From Rebecca billardiae RCC1528 (lineage: Eukaryota > Protista > Haptophyta), in the NCBI GenBank assembly GCA_965240325.2, contig OZ251232.1, forward strand, positions 434,001 to 498,000: a stretch of DNA of 64,000 nucleotides. Reading direction: 5' to 3'. The stretch's first letter is position 1. Each line of letters begins with the position of its first letter. Below the pieces are notes generated by a model. It had not been told where the DNA came from and made no database searches. It saw only the letters and a list, made by a program, of their open reading frames with translations. This document shows positions 45,856 through 58,223 of the stretch, piece by piece. Position numbers and translations under genes: made by a program.

Positions 45856-47170
45856 ATGGTGGCCTTCCGCCTCGCCGCCCGGCTGCTGCTGCTGCTGGCC
45901 GCGGTGCACACAGCTCACGCGGATGCCGTGGTAAAGCTCAGCGAAGCAAACTTTGACCAGCTCACCGCCGCCACGGACGCAGAGCGCGCAGTGCCGCATT
46001 TCGTCGAGTTCTTTGGTGCGCACGCGCCGATGCGCGCGATGCGCACGCGCTGCGACGGTCGTTGCTGACGACGACCCACCCTGCGCCGCCGCAACGCCAC
46101 AGCACCATGGTGTGGGCACTGCAAGAAGCTCGCCCCCACCTGGGCCGAGCTCGCCGATAAGCTCAACGCTGACGGAGATGCGACAAAGGTCGCGGCGGTC
46201 GATGCCACGGTCGACAAGCCGCTCGCCTCGCGGTTCGGTGTCCGCGGCTTCCCGACCCTCCTCATGTTCGCGGGCGGCAAGATGTACAAGTACTCAGGGA
46301 GCCGCGACGTCGAGTCGCTGCGGGCGTTCGCCACCGGCGGCTACGCGCAGGCCGAAGGCGCCGACGTGCCGAAGCAGGGTACGGCCATGAGCGCGCAGAA
46401 GGAGCAGGAGGCCGGCATCAAGATGTCTGCCGCTGTGCTCCGGCTGGACGAGGCCAACTTCGACGAGCTCACCGCGGCGACGGACGCGGAGAAGGCCACG
46501 CCCTTCTTTGTCGAGTTCTACGGTGCGCGCCGCGCGGCGCTGTGCGTCGCGCCGCGCGGGGGGAGGGAGGCGGGGCGCTCGCGCCGTGCGGCGTGCGCAC
46601 CTCTCACGTGTCGTGGCCGCGCGCGGCTGCCAACCGCCAACCCGCCGCTCCGCCTCGCTGCCGCGCCGCCGCGCAGCGCCGTGGTGTGGGCACTGCAAGA
46701 AGCTCGCGCCCAAGTACAGCGAGCTGGCGGACAAGCTCAAGGCGGAGCAGTACATCGCCAAGGTGGGCGCGGTCGACGTCACGAGCAACCCGATGCTCGG
46801 CATGCGGTTTGGCATCCGCGGGTTCCCCACGCTGATCATGTTTGCCGGCGGCAAGCTGTACAGGTACGAGGGCGGGAGGTCACTCGAGGAGATGGAGAGC
46901 TTCGTCAAGGGCGGCTACTTGCAGGGCGAGAGCGAGGCCGCGCCGCCGGCGCCCACGCTGGTCGACCGCATCCAGATGGCGCTGGGCGAGCTCTTCAAGG
47001 CCATCGTCAACCTGTACCAGACACAGCTGCCCGCCGCGATGGTGATGACCACCCTCGCGCTGTTCACAGGGCTGCTGGTCGGCTTCGCGTGCGGGCTCAT
47101 CGTCGCGCCCAGCCCCAAGCCGAGGCCGCCCGCGCGGCCGGCGGGCGACGAGAGCAAGAAGGAGAAGTGA
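45856..47170 (+). CDS. ER membrane thioredoxin/PDI-family protein (two WCGHC domains, TM, KKxx); join(45856..46015,46103..46522,46677..47170)
   Basis: Signal peptide; two FF/FY-A-PWCGHCKKLAP domains, each split by an intron; RFGVRGFPTL and RFGIRGFPTL; C-terminal TM and KKEK. Confidence 0.9.
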
Positions 47171-47993
47171 AGGTGAACGGCAGCCTGCCGCCTGCTATTT
47201 GCCTTCGGCTTCATTCACTTCCCAGTTCCCACAGGCCGTGGGGACGCGTGGCCAAGCGGGGCACCGGCACGGCCACGCAGGATGCACGGAACCCGAGCAG
47301 AACGACTACAGCGGTATTACACAACATCATGGGGGTCTTCTTTATCCGGCGAATCCTCAACGTCCGTCCGATCGGCAGTCAGCCGTGAGCCGGCCGTTTC
47401 GGCGTCGCAGTGTCGCCTGTTGGCCAGGCCAGGCGTCGCCACCCGCGCGGCCCCGGCTGGCAGACTACGGCAGTCCGGCCGCCCGAGGCCGATCCGCCGG
47501 GCCTTGAAGCGCTCATGATGACGAGCAGAATAAGTATATAATAATTATGTACATATTATTTATAAAAGATATCGCGCGAGCAGAGACCGCGCGCCGGCGC
47601 GCACGCGCCACGCGGCCGTGGACGGCGTCGGGCCGCGTGAGTGGCGGACGGCCTGACGACTGACGAGTGACGGGGGCCCCGCGGGCCCGCGGCGGCCGGG
47701 CGGCGGCGCGCGCGGGCCCGCGGCGGGCGCCGCGGCCGCGGACGGGCGCTGCTTATTATATCTACGACGACTGCTATAGCCCATGCACCATGCGCGCGTG
47801 CTTGATATCGGCTATCATCGCATCACCACTAATCGGATTATATTTATTACAAATTATCACATCCGGGGTAAAAGTCCAAATCTGCAGCGCACGCCAGCGG
47901 CAGCAGTCATCATCCGCCGCGCCGATTCGGGTCAGTGACCAGTTCACCATCGGTCACTCACTCGGCGGTCACGGGTCAGCAGCTGCCACCACG

Positions 47994-50552
47994 TCAGCCT
48001 GCGACCTCGTCGATGACAGAGTCCTGCACGAAGGCCCGCGCTTCGTCGACAGTCGCCTCCTGTGGCGCCAGCGCGCACGCGGGCATGGGATTGGCGAGGC
48101 GGGCGGGTCAGCCGCGTACAGGGTTCATGCCGATGCGGGCGCAGCGCGGGTGCATCAAACGGCCGCACGGCACGTCGCGCGCACCGGGTGATCGAGCTGC
48201 CAGGCGAGCAGCGCGTTGGTCGCCTTGCCCACGGCCGGGCCCTTGGGGATTCCCAGCTCGAGCAGCTCGTTGCCGTTGATGAGCGGCGCGAGCTGCCACG
48301 CGTCCTGCGAGGCGGAGAAAGCGGGCGGACGGGCGGCGCGCGCGCGTGAGCCGGGCGGCCGCGCTCGCCCGCTCGCGCGGCCGCTTTTCGCGCGCACACC
48401 TGCAGCTGCTCCGCCTCGATCAGCGCGCACAACCTGCCAAAGCCCGCCAGGGTGCGCTGCGTCGTCGGGTCGGCGCGCCATTCGCGCACTTGGCCGGCCG
48501 AGGGGCGGACGGGCAGCGGCGGCAGCGCGCGCACGAGCGCGAGCTGCAGGCATTCCTGCCAGTGGCTGCCGGCGCTGCGGATGATGAGGCCCACCTGCCG
48601 CCGGCCCGCGGGCGGCGAGCGCTGCGCGTGGTCGTGCTCGTCCGACGTGCGCTCGTCCTCGCGCACGAAGGAGTCGGCGAGCTCGGCGAACTCGTGCGCG
48701 TGCGCGTGCATCTTGAGCACGGCGGAGATGTCCTGCGACGTCATGCCGCGCAGCCCGGCACGCATCACGCGCTCGGCGAGTCCCGACGCGCGCCGCACGG
48801 GCAGCGCCGGCACGGCGCGCTTGCCCTTGCGAGCGGTGCCCGCGGCCGGCAGCGCCCTGTCCGGGCGCAGGCGCTCGACGGCCGCGTCGGCCGCGCCGGC
48901 GGTGCTGAGCGCGGGGCTGTGCAGCGGCGCGAGCACGACCGCGACCCACAGCCGCCGTCGCGCCTTCGTGTCCACGTGCATCTCCGTGAGCATCTGCTCG
49001 AGCGCCGCGGTGCTCGGCGCGCCCGAGCTCGCGAGCGCCTCCGCGCCGGCGCGCCCGTCCGCGCGCAGCTGGCGCATCGCCTCGGCCGTCGCGTCGTGCC
49101 AGTCGGAGCAGAGCGCGTTCGCCTCGCACAGCACGGCGTGCAGCGCCTCGATCGCGCCGGTCGACGCGCGGAGCGTGCGCGAGAGCTCGTGCGCGCGCGC
49201 CGCGCGCTCCGCCGCGCCGCCGCACTCTCCGCTGGCCGCCGCCGCGACCGCCGCGCCGACGCCGTCGGGCGCGCCGTCCGCGCTCGAGACGACGCCCGGC
49301 AGCAGGATCGCCTCGTGCAGCCGCAGCTTGTGGATCAGGCGCATCGCGCGCACGGGCGCGGCGCCCGCCGCGCCGAGCATCGAGTAGAGCTCGCGCAGCA
49401 CGCGCTCGCGCGAGATCTTCGCGCCGAGCTGCGCCTGCACACCCGGGTCGTCCATCGCGGCGCGCAGCTGCGGGTCGATCGTGTAGTCGAAGCGCGCGGC
49501 GAAGCGGATGGCGCGGAGCACGCGGAGCGGGTCGTCGAGCAGCGTCTCGAGCGGCGCGAGCGGCGTGGTGATCACGCCCGCCTCCAGGTCCGCCAGCGCG
49601 CGCCCCGTCATGTCCTCGATGCAGTCCGTCTCCAGGTTGTAGAAGAGGGAGTTGATCGTGAGGTCGCGCCGCAGCGCGTCGCTCGTCGGCGAGCCAAAGT
49701 GCACGTCCGACGGGATGCGCGAGCCGGAGGAGTACTCCTGCGGGGGGGCGGCGGGCGCGCGGGGGCGCGGGGCCGCGCGGTGAGCGGGCGGCGGGGCCGC
49801 GCTGCCGCCTTTGGGCGCGGGCGCTCGCGCGAGAGGAGCCGCAGCGTGGCGGCGGCGGCGGCGGCGGCGGCGGAGGCGGAGGCGGAGGCGGGTCTGGGCG
49901 CGGCGCGCGGCCGCACCTCAGAGCGCAGGTTGACAAGGTCCACAGCGAAGCCCTTAATCGAGATGGCGACGGTCTCGAGGTGCTTGGACTGCTCCGGATT
50001 CGCCTGGATCACGCCGATGTGCAGCGGCTCGCCCAGCTCCTCCAGCCGCGCCTTGACGAGCTCGGCGAAGCCAAGGCCCGTCATGTTGTCGAGCGCCAGG
50101 TCGATGTCGTCCGTGTCGCGCCCGAGCAGCTTGTCGCGCACCCAGCCGCCGGCGACGCGCATGACGGTGCCGCACTCCGAGGCGCTCACCACGTCGCGGA
50201 GGAAGTCGAAGAGCTCGCGCTCGCGCGCCGTGAGCCCGAGCCGCTCGCCGCCGCCCGCCAGGTAGCGCGGCTTGCGCTGCTCAGGGCGGTCGCGTGTGGC
50301 GCTGGCCTTGCTCACCGTGGAGAAGGCCGCGCCGAGGTGAGTGAGCGGCGAGCTCGCGGCAAATGCGGACAGGTGCAGCGGCAGGCGCGCCAGCTCCAGC
50401 ATGGTGCATGTTGGCGCGCGCGCGTGCGCGCGCGCCCCAAAGGCCGCCGAGTGCGGTGCCGCCAAAGCGCCGCGCGCGGCAGTGACCGAGGTGCGCGTGG
50501 CGGCGTGCACCGCGAGCACGTGCCACATGAGCGCAGTGGCGTGCACGGCCAT
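47994..50552 (-). CDS. CCA tRNA nucleotidyltransferase with N-terminal targeting-like extension; introns 49738-49916, 48305-48399, 48060-48184
   Basis: RVAGGWVRDKLLG..DDIDLALD, NPEQSKHLET, DLVNLRSE|EY, DALRRDLTINSLFYN, DDPLRVLRAIRFAARF, KISRER, PLINGNEL..KGPAVG, HP|EATVDEARAF. Confidence 0.9.
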
Positions 50553-50840
50553 CGCTGGCCGCCCCCACGCTGCACGCCGGAAGCCGGCGGTCGCGGGGTC
50601 GCGGCGGCGGCGGTCGCGGGGTTCGAGAAGGGCCGAAAAGCCGCCCCTCGAGGCCTTGATGAAGACGATGTCGCGAACCGGCACGCCTTTTTGGTCCAAG
50701 TCCGAAATATGGCAAGGCCAGGGCCTATTCGTCTTTCCAGGACTTTTCAGGGTCGCCAAGGCCGCGCGGCCCAGATTGCCGCGAGATTGCGGGGAGTTTT
50801 TTTATGCGCGCGCGGTTTTTACGCCCGCCCTCACCCCATA

Positions 50841-53329
50841 TTACCGATTTTGGGCAACTGAAAACATGAAACTGCACTTTTTTGAAAAACGCACTTCAAA
50901 AAGTTTCATCTTTTGAAAACCGGATAACATGAAAACGTTTTTCAAAACCTGTTTTCAAAACGTGTTTTCAAAAAGTGCAAACCTGTTTTCTCTTTTTCAA
51001 AAACGTTTTCACTTTTTGTCTTCTTCCAAAAAGTGACGCTCGAAAACACACGGTGAACAGAATGGCGGCCAAATGTCTACTTCACGGTGGCCGCCGCGCG
51101 ACGCGGGCCGGCGGCCTAGTAAGAACCCTGAGCCGGCGCGGACGGGCACTGGCAGGTGCGCAACCACCCAATACATGCTCCAGACACCGCTCACCAGCCC
51201 CTGCCACTGCGTCTCCTCGTCTATATTACTGCCCGCGACACGCGCGAATGTCATCTCAATCGCGGCTGCGTCGCGCGACCGCGCGTCCGCGCGCGCATGC
51301 GGTGCGCAGGCGTCAGATGGCGGAGGTGGAGATGCGGTGCGACGCGCATGGACGATCTCGCGCAGACGCACCTCGCTCGCAGGCCCGCTGCCACTGGATG
51401 CGCCCGGCTGCACCGTCCGTTTGCTGCGCGCAGTCGCAGCCGGCCGTTCTTGTCAACGGTGTTGGTGCGCTTCTTCATGATCTTGCCCACGATCACCTGC
51501 TTGGCGGCCTGCTCGACGCGGCCAGCTCGCGGCATGCTCGTGCCGCGTCTGTTCGAGCTCAGCCCGCCCGCCCGGCACGTGCGGTCGCGGAACGTGTTGC
51601 CGATGATCTTGCCGTCGTGCTCCGACGCTTGTGTGCTCGCGCGGTGCAGCGCGCCGCCGAGTCGCACGATGGCGCGAAGGGCGATGGCGACGACCACGTG
51701 CGGGTAGCACGCGACCGTGCTCGTCCACCGCTTGAGCTCACGCACATACGCGCACCTGGCGTTGAGCGCAGCAAGCACCATCACCTTCACCTCCGCGGCG
51801 GTCGTCGGACGCCGCCGACGAGTTCGCGCACCGCCGCCAACCACAGTCGGCAGAAGTCCTCACGCGTGAGCTGCGGCTGCTGCGGTGCCTGAGCAGCGTT
51901 GGCGTAGCCCTCGCACGGCACGTTGGCGTCACGCGCGTGCTGCATCCTCTGCTGCCCGCCGTCACCGGCGTGGCCCTGGCGGTACCTGGCCGCACGCGGC
52001 GCGCACTACGACCTCGTCGTGTCCGCCGACTTTGCGTCTGCCGACGGCTCGGTCCACACTGATCGTCAGCCCTGGGCTCCGCGGGGCCCCGTGCAGCGCC
52101 ACTGCTGTGTGACGATCGCATCGATATGACTCACAGCGACTCACGCGTACTTGTGTCGTAGTAGCAGTATGGCAGCGTCATGCAGGGCATCAGACGACTG
52201 ATAATGACGCTGAGGGCTCCTGCCCGAAGCGCACGGGCCCGCGGAGGGATGAAAGTCGAAAGACATGATGATGATGAGTGAATTGAGTGATGATCGGCTC
52301 GCGTCCGGACGCGCGCATCATCACGCTGCTCGTCGCGCCCAGATTCCGCTGCTCGCCATGATGACGAACGAAGCACGGACTCCTGCAGGCCGATGTGCTC
52401 AGCGGCGCGCTTACTGCGTCGGCGACAGGATCCTCCATCAGCTCCCGCCCCTGGCCCTGTCGCAGCAGGGCACGGCTGAGGGTCACACCCGCTGATGGCC
52501 GGGCGAGACCAAGCATCAAGCGCGCACGCATGCGCGGTCGCCGCGGCGCACTTGCGCGCACCACCGGAACCTCAACGGTCTTCTTGCGCGTCATGCGGAT
52601 GACCTGCATTGCCCTGCAGACGGTCGGCTCGCTGACGCTCAGGCCATACCACAGCGCAAGGCGTGCACACGTTTGGGCCAGCGTGTCTCGCGAGTACATC
52701 GTGACGAGTGCTTTCAGCAGGAAGAGCTGGGGCAGGTCAAAGATCGGCGGGCCAGAGGACGCGACGCCACCCGACTGCGTGCTCACGATCTGCTGCGTCG
52801 CGAGGTACTCCCGCACCCACTTGAACACGGTCGATTTGGCGACGCCCGTGAGTCGAGCGATCTCGTCGTACGTGCACGACGAGTTGCCCGCGCGCAGTCG
52901 GAGGGCAGTCCCCACGACGCGCTGCCGAAGGCACACGTCGTAGCTCCTACCCTGTCGGTACACGCCGTTGTGCGCGTTGACTGCGATCCGCGGCCGTGGC
53001 TCGCGCGGCATCTCCTGTCGCCGCCGATGCCCGCCGCCGCGCGACGCGGTGGGCAACGGTCTTTCTTTCCTCTCCAAGAAAACTTTTTCAAAACAAAACT
53101 TGAAACACGTTTTGAAAACTTAAGTTTTGTTTTGTTTTTTTGAAACACGTTTTGAAAACTTGTTTTCAAAACGTGTTTCAAAAAAAACAAAACAAAACAA
53201 GTTTTTCGAAAACATGTTTTCAAAAAGATTTTTTCCCAAAACCTGTTTTAAAAAATGAAAAAAGTTTAAAAAAACAAAACAAAACTTGCAAAAACGAAAT
53301 GCATGTTTTCAGTTGCCCAAAATCGGTAA
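50841..53329 (-). mobile_element. IS630/Tc1/mariner-superfamily element, probably non-autonomous; 28-bp TIRs, TA TSD
   Basis: TA|TTACCGATTTTGGGCAACTGAAAACATG (50841-50868) and its exact inverse (53302-53329)|TA. AT-rich subterminal arrays of GTTTTCAAAA/TTTTGAAAAC at both ends. Confidence 0.9.
52562..53011 (-). pseudogene. Transposase N-terminal DNA-binding region (paired-like HTH + winged HTH); DDE domain not found
   Basis: NAHNGVYRQGRSYDVCLRQRVV...YDEIARLTGVAKSTVFKWVREY...TLAQTCARL....LSVSEPTVCRAMQVIRMTRKK is typical of IS630/Tc1 N-termini. No DDE motif is visible downstream. Confidence 0.75.
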
Positions 53330-53333
53330 TAAA

Positions 53334-56300
53334 ATAACCGTACAGTAAAGAAGAAATGGTCCGCGGCCGTCCGGCCGTGCTGCGCAAACGATGTCCTCGC
53401 CAGCACTCAGCAGCGCTCCCTCTGTCCATCCAGCGCCGTGACCATCCCGCAAGGTTCCCTCACATTCTAGACGACGATCTCTGCTTCCAGCGTAGGAGAC
53501 AGTCGAGGTCGGAGGTGTGGCCCATGCGAGTGACGGAGTGACCAGCCCGCAGCCGGCGAGTCCTCGTGTGCGGTGTGGCGCCACCTGTGCAGCACGACTT
53601 TCGCATAGCTTCCCCCTGGCTGTGCTCGTGCTGGCTAACCTGACTGACGCGTATCAATTGGCTGTGACGTCCGACACGATCCGCGGTAAACTATACGAAT
53701 CTTACGAACGCGTCCTGGTGCTGGCCAGGCGCCGCAGACGCAGTGCGAGCGAGCCAACAGCGCCGTGCACTGGCCGGTTGGCCCACAAGTGGCCATACGG
53801 CGAGACGTCACCAGGCACCTGTCGCACGAGTCGCACGTTAATTAACGTGGTGCGCTCCCTCCGCCTCCCTGCCGATTCAGACTTGATGCCCGGCGTCACA
53901 CCTGACACCAGCTCACTGCCCCAAGGCCCAGATGTGAGACGGGTAAAATGGAGTCTGGGCTGCCGGCCGGAGCCCATCAAGCAGACACGCCTGCGGCTGC
54001 TGCAGCCGCAACGTGCTGGCGCTGAGACAGGGGACCAAGACCACCCCGTCCGCACCAAGCCATCCGCGATTGTGGTCATCCAGCCGCCCGAGGAGCCAGC
54101 CTCGCGCGAGCAGGCGGCAGACAGCTGCCGCCCGACCACCTGAGCGCGGCACCTGGCAGCACATGCCACACAACGGTGGCGCAGCTGCCAAGGGCAAGGC
54201 AAAGCGGAAGGACGCAATCCTGCGGCCAGCGTCGCAGCGGGCATGCATCCAACCCACACGGGAGGCCCGCAGCCGCCTAGCAGCCCAGCCCAGCCCGTCA
54301 CAGACAGTCACGGCAGCACTGGCTCTCGTGCAGCATCCGCACCCTGCGAGCACGGAGAGTTCAGGACGCAACGCAGGGCGGCGCGCGCGCGGCAGACGAG
54401 CCAGGCCGTCACCGCCCGCCTCCACAAGCCGCCCCCGCGCGCGCGGTGCGCACCATCCGCCCCAGTGGTAGCGCGCAGCGGCGCGCGCCGCGACCCTGGT
54501 CGAACCGAGACGCACTGCTCACGCCGTGGCGCGGCGCGACAGGCGCGGCGCGGCGAGGTCGCATGTGCTTCCCCCGGGGGCCTGAGCGTACTGGCTGAGG
54601 CCCCCACGCGCGGCGGACTCCGTGCGCGCCCCGCCTGATGTGCGCGCGGCGCGCGGCCGCAGCGCGCGGCGGGCTTCCATGGGCCGGTGCCGGTGCGTAT
54701 TCGGTCTCGTCAGAACCGTGCTCGGTCTCGTGACTCGTCAAGCGTTTTACCCGCATCGGCCCCCCGGCGGCCCCCTTTAGCTCGGTTCTCGACAGCGAGG
54801 CCAACCATCGACGCTTTGACGCCTACGGCCGCGCCAAGCGACGGCGCCGAGCGGGCGCGCGCGCGCGGCACGAGAAGTAGACTCCCGTAGCGTGCCTCCA
54901 CACCCCGCCCGCGCCAGCGCACCCGCTCCCGGCTCTCTTTCCGCTCCGCGGCGGCGCGCGGCACCCGAGCCGAACTGAACGCGTGCACGGCGCACACCGC
55001 AGCGCGGCGCGACGGGCGCGGCGCGGCGCGCTCGGACTTTTCCGGAAGATGGCTCCGAGCGTACGGGCCGACGCGCCCACGCGCGGCGCGCTCCGCCCGC
55101 GCCCCGCCAAATGCGCATGTTATCACGAGGCGCGGGTCGGCACGCTGGGGTGCAGCGGCGCGGCCGTCGCGAGGGGTCCCCGCACTTGGCGGCGACGAGA
55201 AGCGTCCGGACTCTCCTTGATGTTGCACAAAGCCGCGGTTAAATCATAACCGTAAAGAAGAAATGGTCCGCGGCCGTCCGGCCGTGCTGCGCAAACGATG
55301 TCCTCGCCAGCACTCAGCAGCGCTCCCTCTGTCCATCCAGCGCCGTGACCATCCCGCGCAAGGTTCCGCCTCACCTTCTAGACGACGATCTCTGGTTCCA
55401 GCATAGGAGACACTCGAGGTCGGAGGTGTGGCCCATGCGAGTGACGGAGTGACCAGCCCGCAGCCGGCGAGTCCTCGTGTGCGGTGTGGCGCCACCTGTG
55501 CAGCACGACTTGGTTCCGGCATAGCTTCCCCCTGGCTGTGCTCGTGCTGGCTAACCTCGGACTGACGCGCATCAATGGGCTGTGACGTCTGACACGATCC
55601 GCGGTAAACTATAGGAATCGTCTTACGAACGCACCCTGGTGCCGGCCAGGCGCCGCAGACGCAGTGCGAGCGAGCCAACCGCGCCGTGCACTGGCCGGTT
55701 GGCCCACAAGTGGCCATACGGCGAGACGTCACCAGGCACCTGTCGCACGAGTCGCACGTTAATTAACGTGGTGCGCTCCCTCCGCCTCCCTGCCGATTCA
55801 GGCTTGATGCCCGGCGTCACACCTGACACCAGCTCACTGCCCCAAGGCGGCCCACTGATGTGAGAGGTAAAATGGAGTCTGGGCTGCCGGCCGGAGCCCA
55901 TCAAGCAGACACGCCTGCGGCTGCTGCAGCCGCAACGTGCTGGCGATGAGACAGGGGACCAAGACCACCCCGTCCGCACCAAGCCATCCGCGATTGTGGT
56001 CATCCAGCCGCCCGAGGAGCGAGACTCGCTCACCTGGCAGCACATGCCGCACAACGGTGGCGCAGCTGCCAAGGGCAAGGCAAAGCGGAAGGACGCAATC
56101 GTGCGGCCAACGTCGCAGCGGGCATCCATCCAACCCACACGGGAGGCCCGCAGCCGCCCAGCAGCCCAGCCCAGCCCGTCACAGAGAGTCACAGCACTGG
56201 CTCTCGTGCAGCATCCGCACCCTGCGAGCACGGAGAGTTCAGGACGCAACGCAGGGCGGCGCGCGCGCGGCAGGCGAGCCAGGCCGTCACCCCCGCGCCA

Positions 56301-56622
56301 GCGCACCCGCTCCCGGCTCTCTTTCCGCTCCGCGGCGGCGCGCGGCACCCGAGCCGCACTGAACGCGTGCACGGCGCACGCCGCAGCGCGGCGCGACGGG
56401 CGCTGCGCGGCGCGCTCGGACTTTTCCGAAAGAGGGCTCCGAGCGTACGGGCCGACGCGCCCGCGCGCGGCGCGCTCCGCGCGCGCCCCGCCAAATGCGT
56501 TTGTGCACGCGAGGCGCGGGTCGGCACGCTCGGGTGCGGCGGCGCGGCCGTCGCGAGGGGTCCCCGCGCTCGGCGGCGACGAGAAGCGTCCGGACTCTCC
56601 TTGATGTTGCACAAAGCCGCGG
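53334..56622. repeat. Tandem direct duplication: copy A 53334-55238, copy B 55246-56622 (B lacks about 490 bp)
   Basis: Both copies start ATAACCGTA..AAGAAGAAATGGTCCGCGG and end GTTGCACAAAGCCGCGG; high identity with indels. Confidence 0.92.
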
Positions 56623-57084
56623 GGGCGGCACGGTTAAAATCCGGGCGTGCCCCCCCCGCGGAATAAAATGGGGCTCGGTGCCGGCCGGGTGGCACCAAGG
56701 GGGTAATCGTGGCACCGGGGACAAGCAGCCGTCCGGGTTGCCCGAGCTCGGTACCGGTAAAACCGGGTGAAAAGTCAAAAAGTCGTCAAAACGGTTGGCG
56801 AAAGTGGGTAGATTGCGTTTCATCGTCGTCGTCGGACTGCCCTGCAGCTCCTCCTGCTGACGATCGCCCCGGGACTGCTCTGCCGGTCACACTCCGATGC
56901 AGCCACTGCACTAGTGCAGGAGGGCCGGCCCGGCAATTACCGCAGACCGCTGAGTGGGCGCCTTGTTAGGGCTCGGATACGGTTACGCAGGCGTCGGATG
57001 ACCGATTACCGAGTCTCCGGTCCGACGAAGTTACCGCAGAAAGACAGTGTGCCGACGATTCGGAAATTGAAATACAGCACGCAC

Positions 57085-58002
57085 GGCCTGTTTTAATTCT
57101 ACGAGAGCCCAACGGCGACATCAGCCAAAACGCGGTGAATTTAATGGCGGCTTGGCAGCCGGCCGGGGCGGGTGCAGCGGTAGTGCAGAGTAGTGGCGGC
57201 CCCGCGGCACGTCGTTGGCGCATCCTCGTACTAAGACGCTGAGCTGTGGCGACAGACGTTGCCCAGACGTGCTGCTTCGACTTGCCGAGGTGCTTAGCCT
57301 TGACACAGGGGTTCCTCGCGGCGCACGCGCGCGACCAGCCACTGCATGAACCGCAGCGGCGGGCCCGCTGCAAGCTGCAAGCACTCTGCGTTGGCTGCGT
57401 CTAGCCCGTGCCATGTGACGACCAAGGCCGGCTGATAGAAAGATAGTCTGCCATCGAAACCAGCTCTACACGCTCCGCCGCCACTACCTTGTCGGGCTTG
57501 AGATGCTTCCGTTGCGTGCGCTCGCATGCGGCCTGCTGCCTGCTTTTGAACGTGATCGCGGCAGGTCGGCTGGCCGGATTGTCAAGCCTCCTCGGCGTAG
57601 ACTACGACACGATGCGTGCTACACGCACCCATGACACGCCGAAAGGCGTATGCACGCGTCATCGCGCATCTGGCAGGCTGCAGTCTTGGCCAAATGGATG
57701 AGAACAAGCCTGCATCAAGCGCTCGCCGCGCAGGCGCGAGCGCGCGGAGAGTTCTGGGGCGACCCATGGTGCCTTGTTGGGGGACGCAACTCCTCCTCAA
57801 CGGCTGCGAGCAGCGACACCGGAGCTAGATCGCTGCACTCAGCACTCCTCGCTGAGTGCAGCGTGACCCTCGGAGTCGTGCGTCTCGGCTTCCCGCCGGA
57901 GCCTTTGCGTCCCCCAACGGGGCGTGACACCGATTCCCACTGGCGGGCACGGGTTTGTCGCCGTGACATAGTAAATGGAATCTGGTAGAAATAAAACAGG
58001 CC
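57085..58002. mobile_element. Non-autonomous TIR element (about 920 bp), GGCCTGTTTT termini, apparent 4-bp TSD GCAC
   Basis: Left GGCCTGTTTTAATTCTACGAGA versus reverse complement of right GGCCTGTTTTATTTCTACCAGA (2 mismatches in 22); shared subterminal ACGGCGACA; GCAC at 57081-57084 and 58003-58006. Confidence 0.7.
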
Positions 58003-58223
58003 GCACTAGTTATAGCTAGTGAGCGCAACTCGTCTCGACGTCTCCTCTTAGCTCAGTAGCAGTCGTGAACGGTCGGGACGCGCGGAGCCTCCACTTTCCA
58101 AATCCAATTCCAATGGCGCCGGTCCGGTCATCAGTCACTTCCACGGCGGCCCGGCGGCGCGCAGGCTGGGCGGCGGCCGTCGCCTCAGTCAAGCCCAGAG
58201 CGGCTCGGCGCGCGCGCTCGGCA

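Noticed and set aside
50640-56830. Possible old outer TIR element enclosing the mariner-like element and the tandem repeat
   Set aside because: Only scattered 9-10-bp inverted matches and no TSD found.
56898-56915. Hairpin + CTAGT as a Helitron 3' end (similar GCACTAG at 2435, 2868, 58003)
   Set aside because: No matching 5' end or RepHel remnant and the hairpins are inconsistent.
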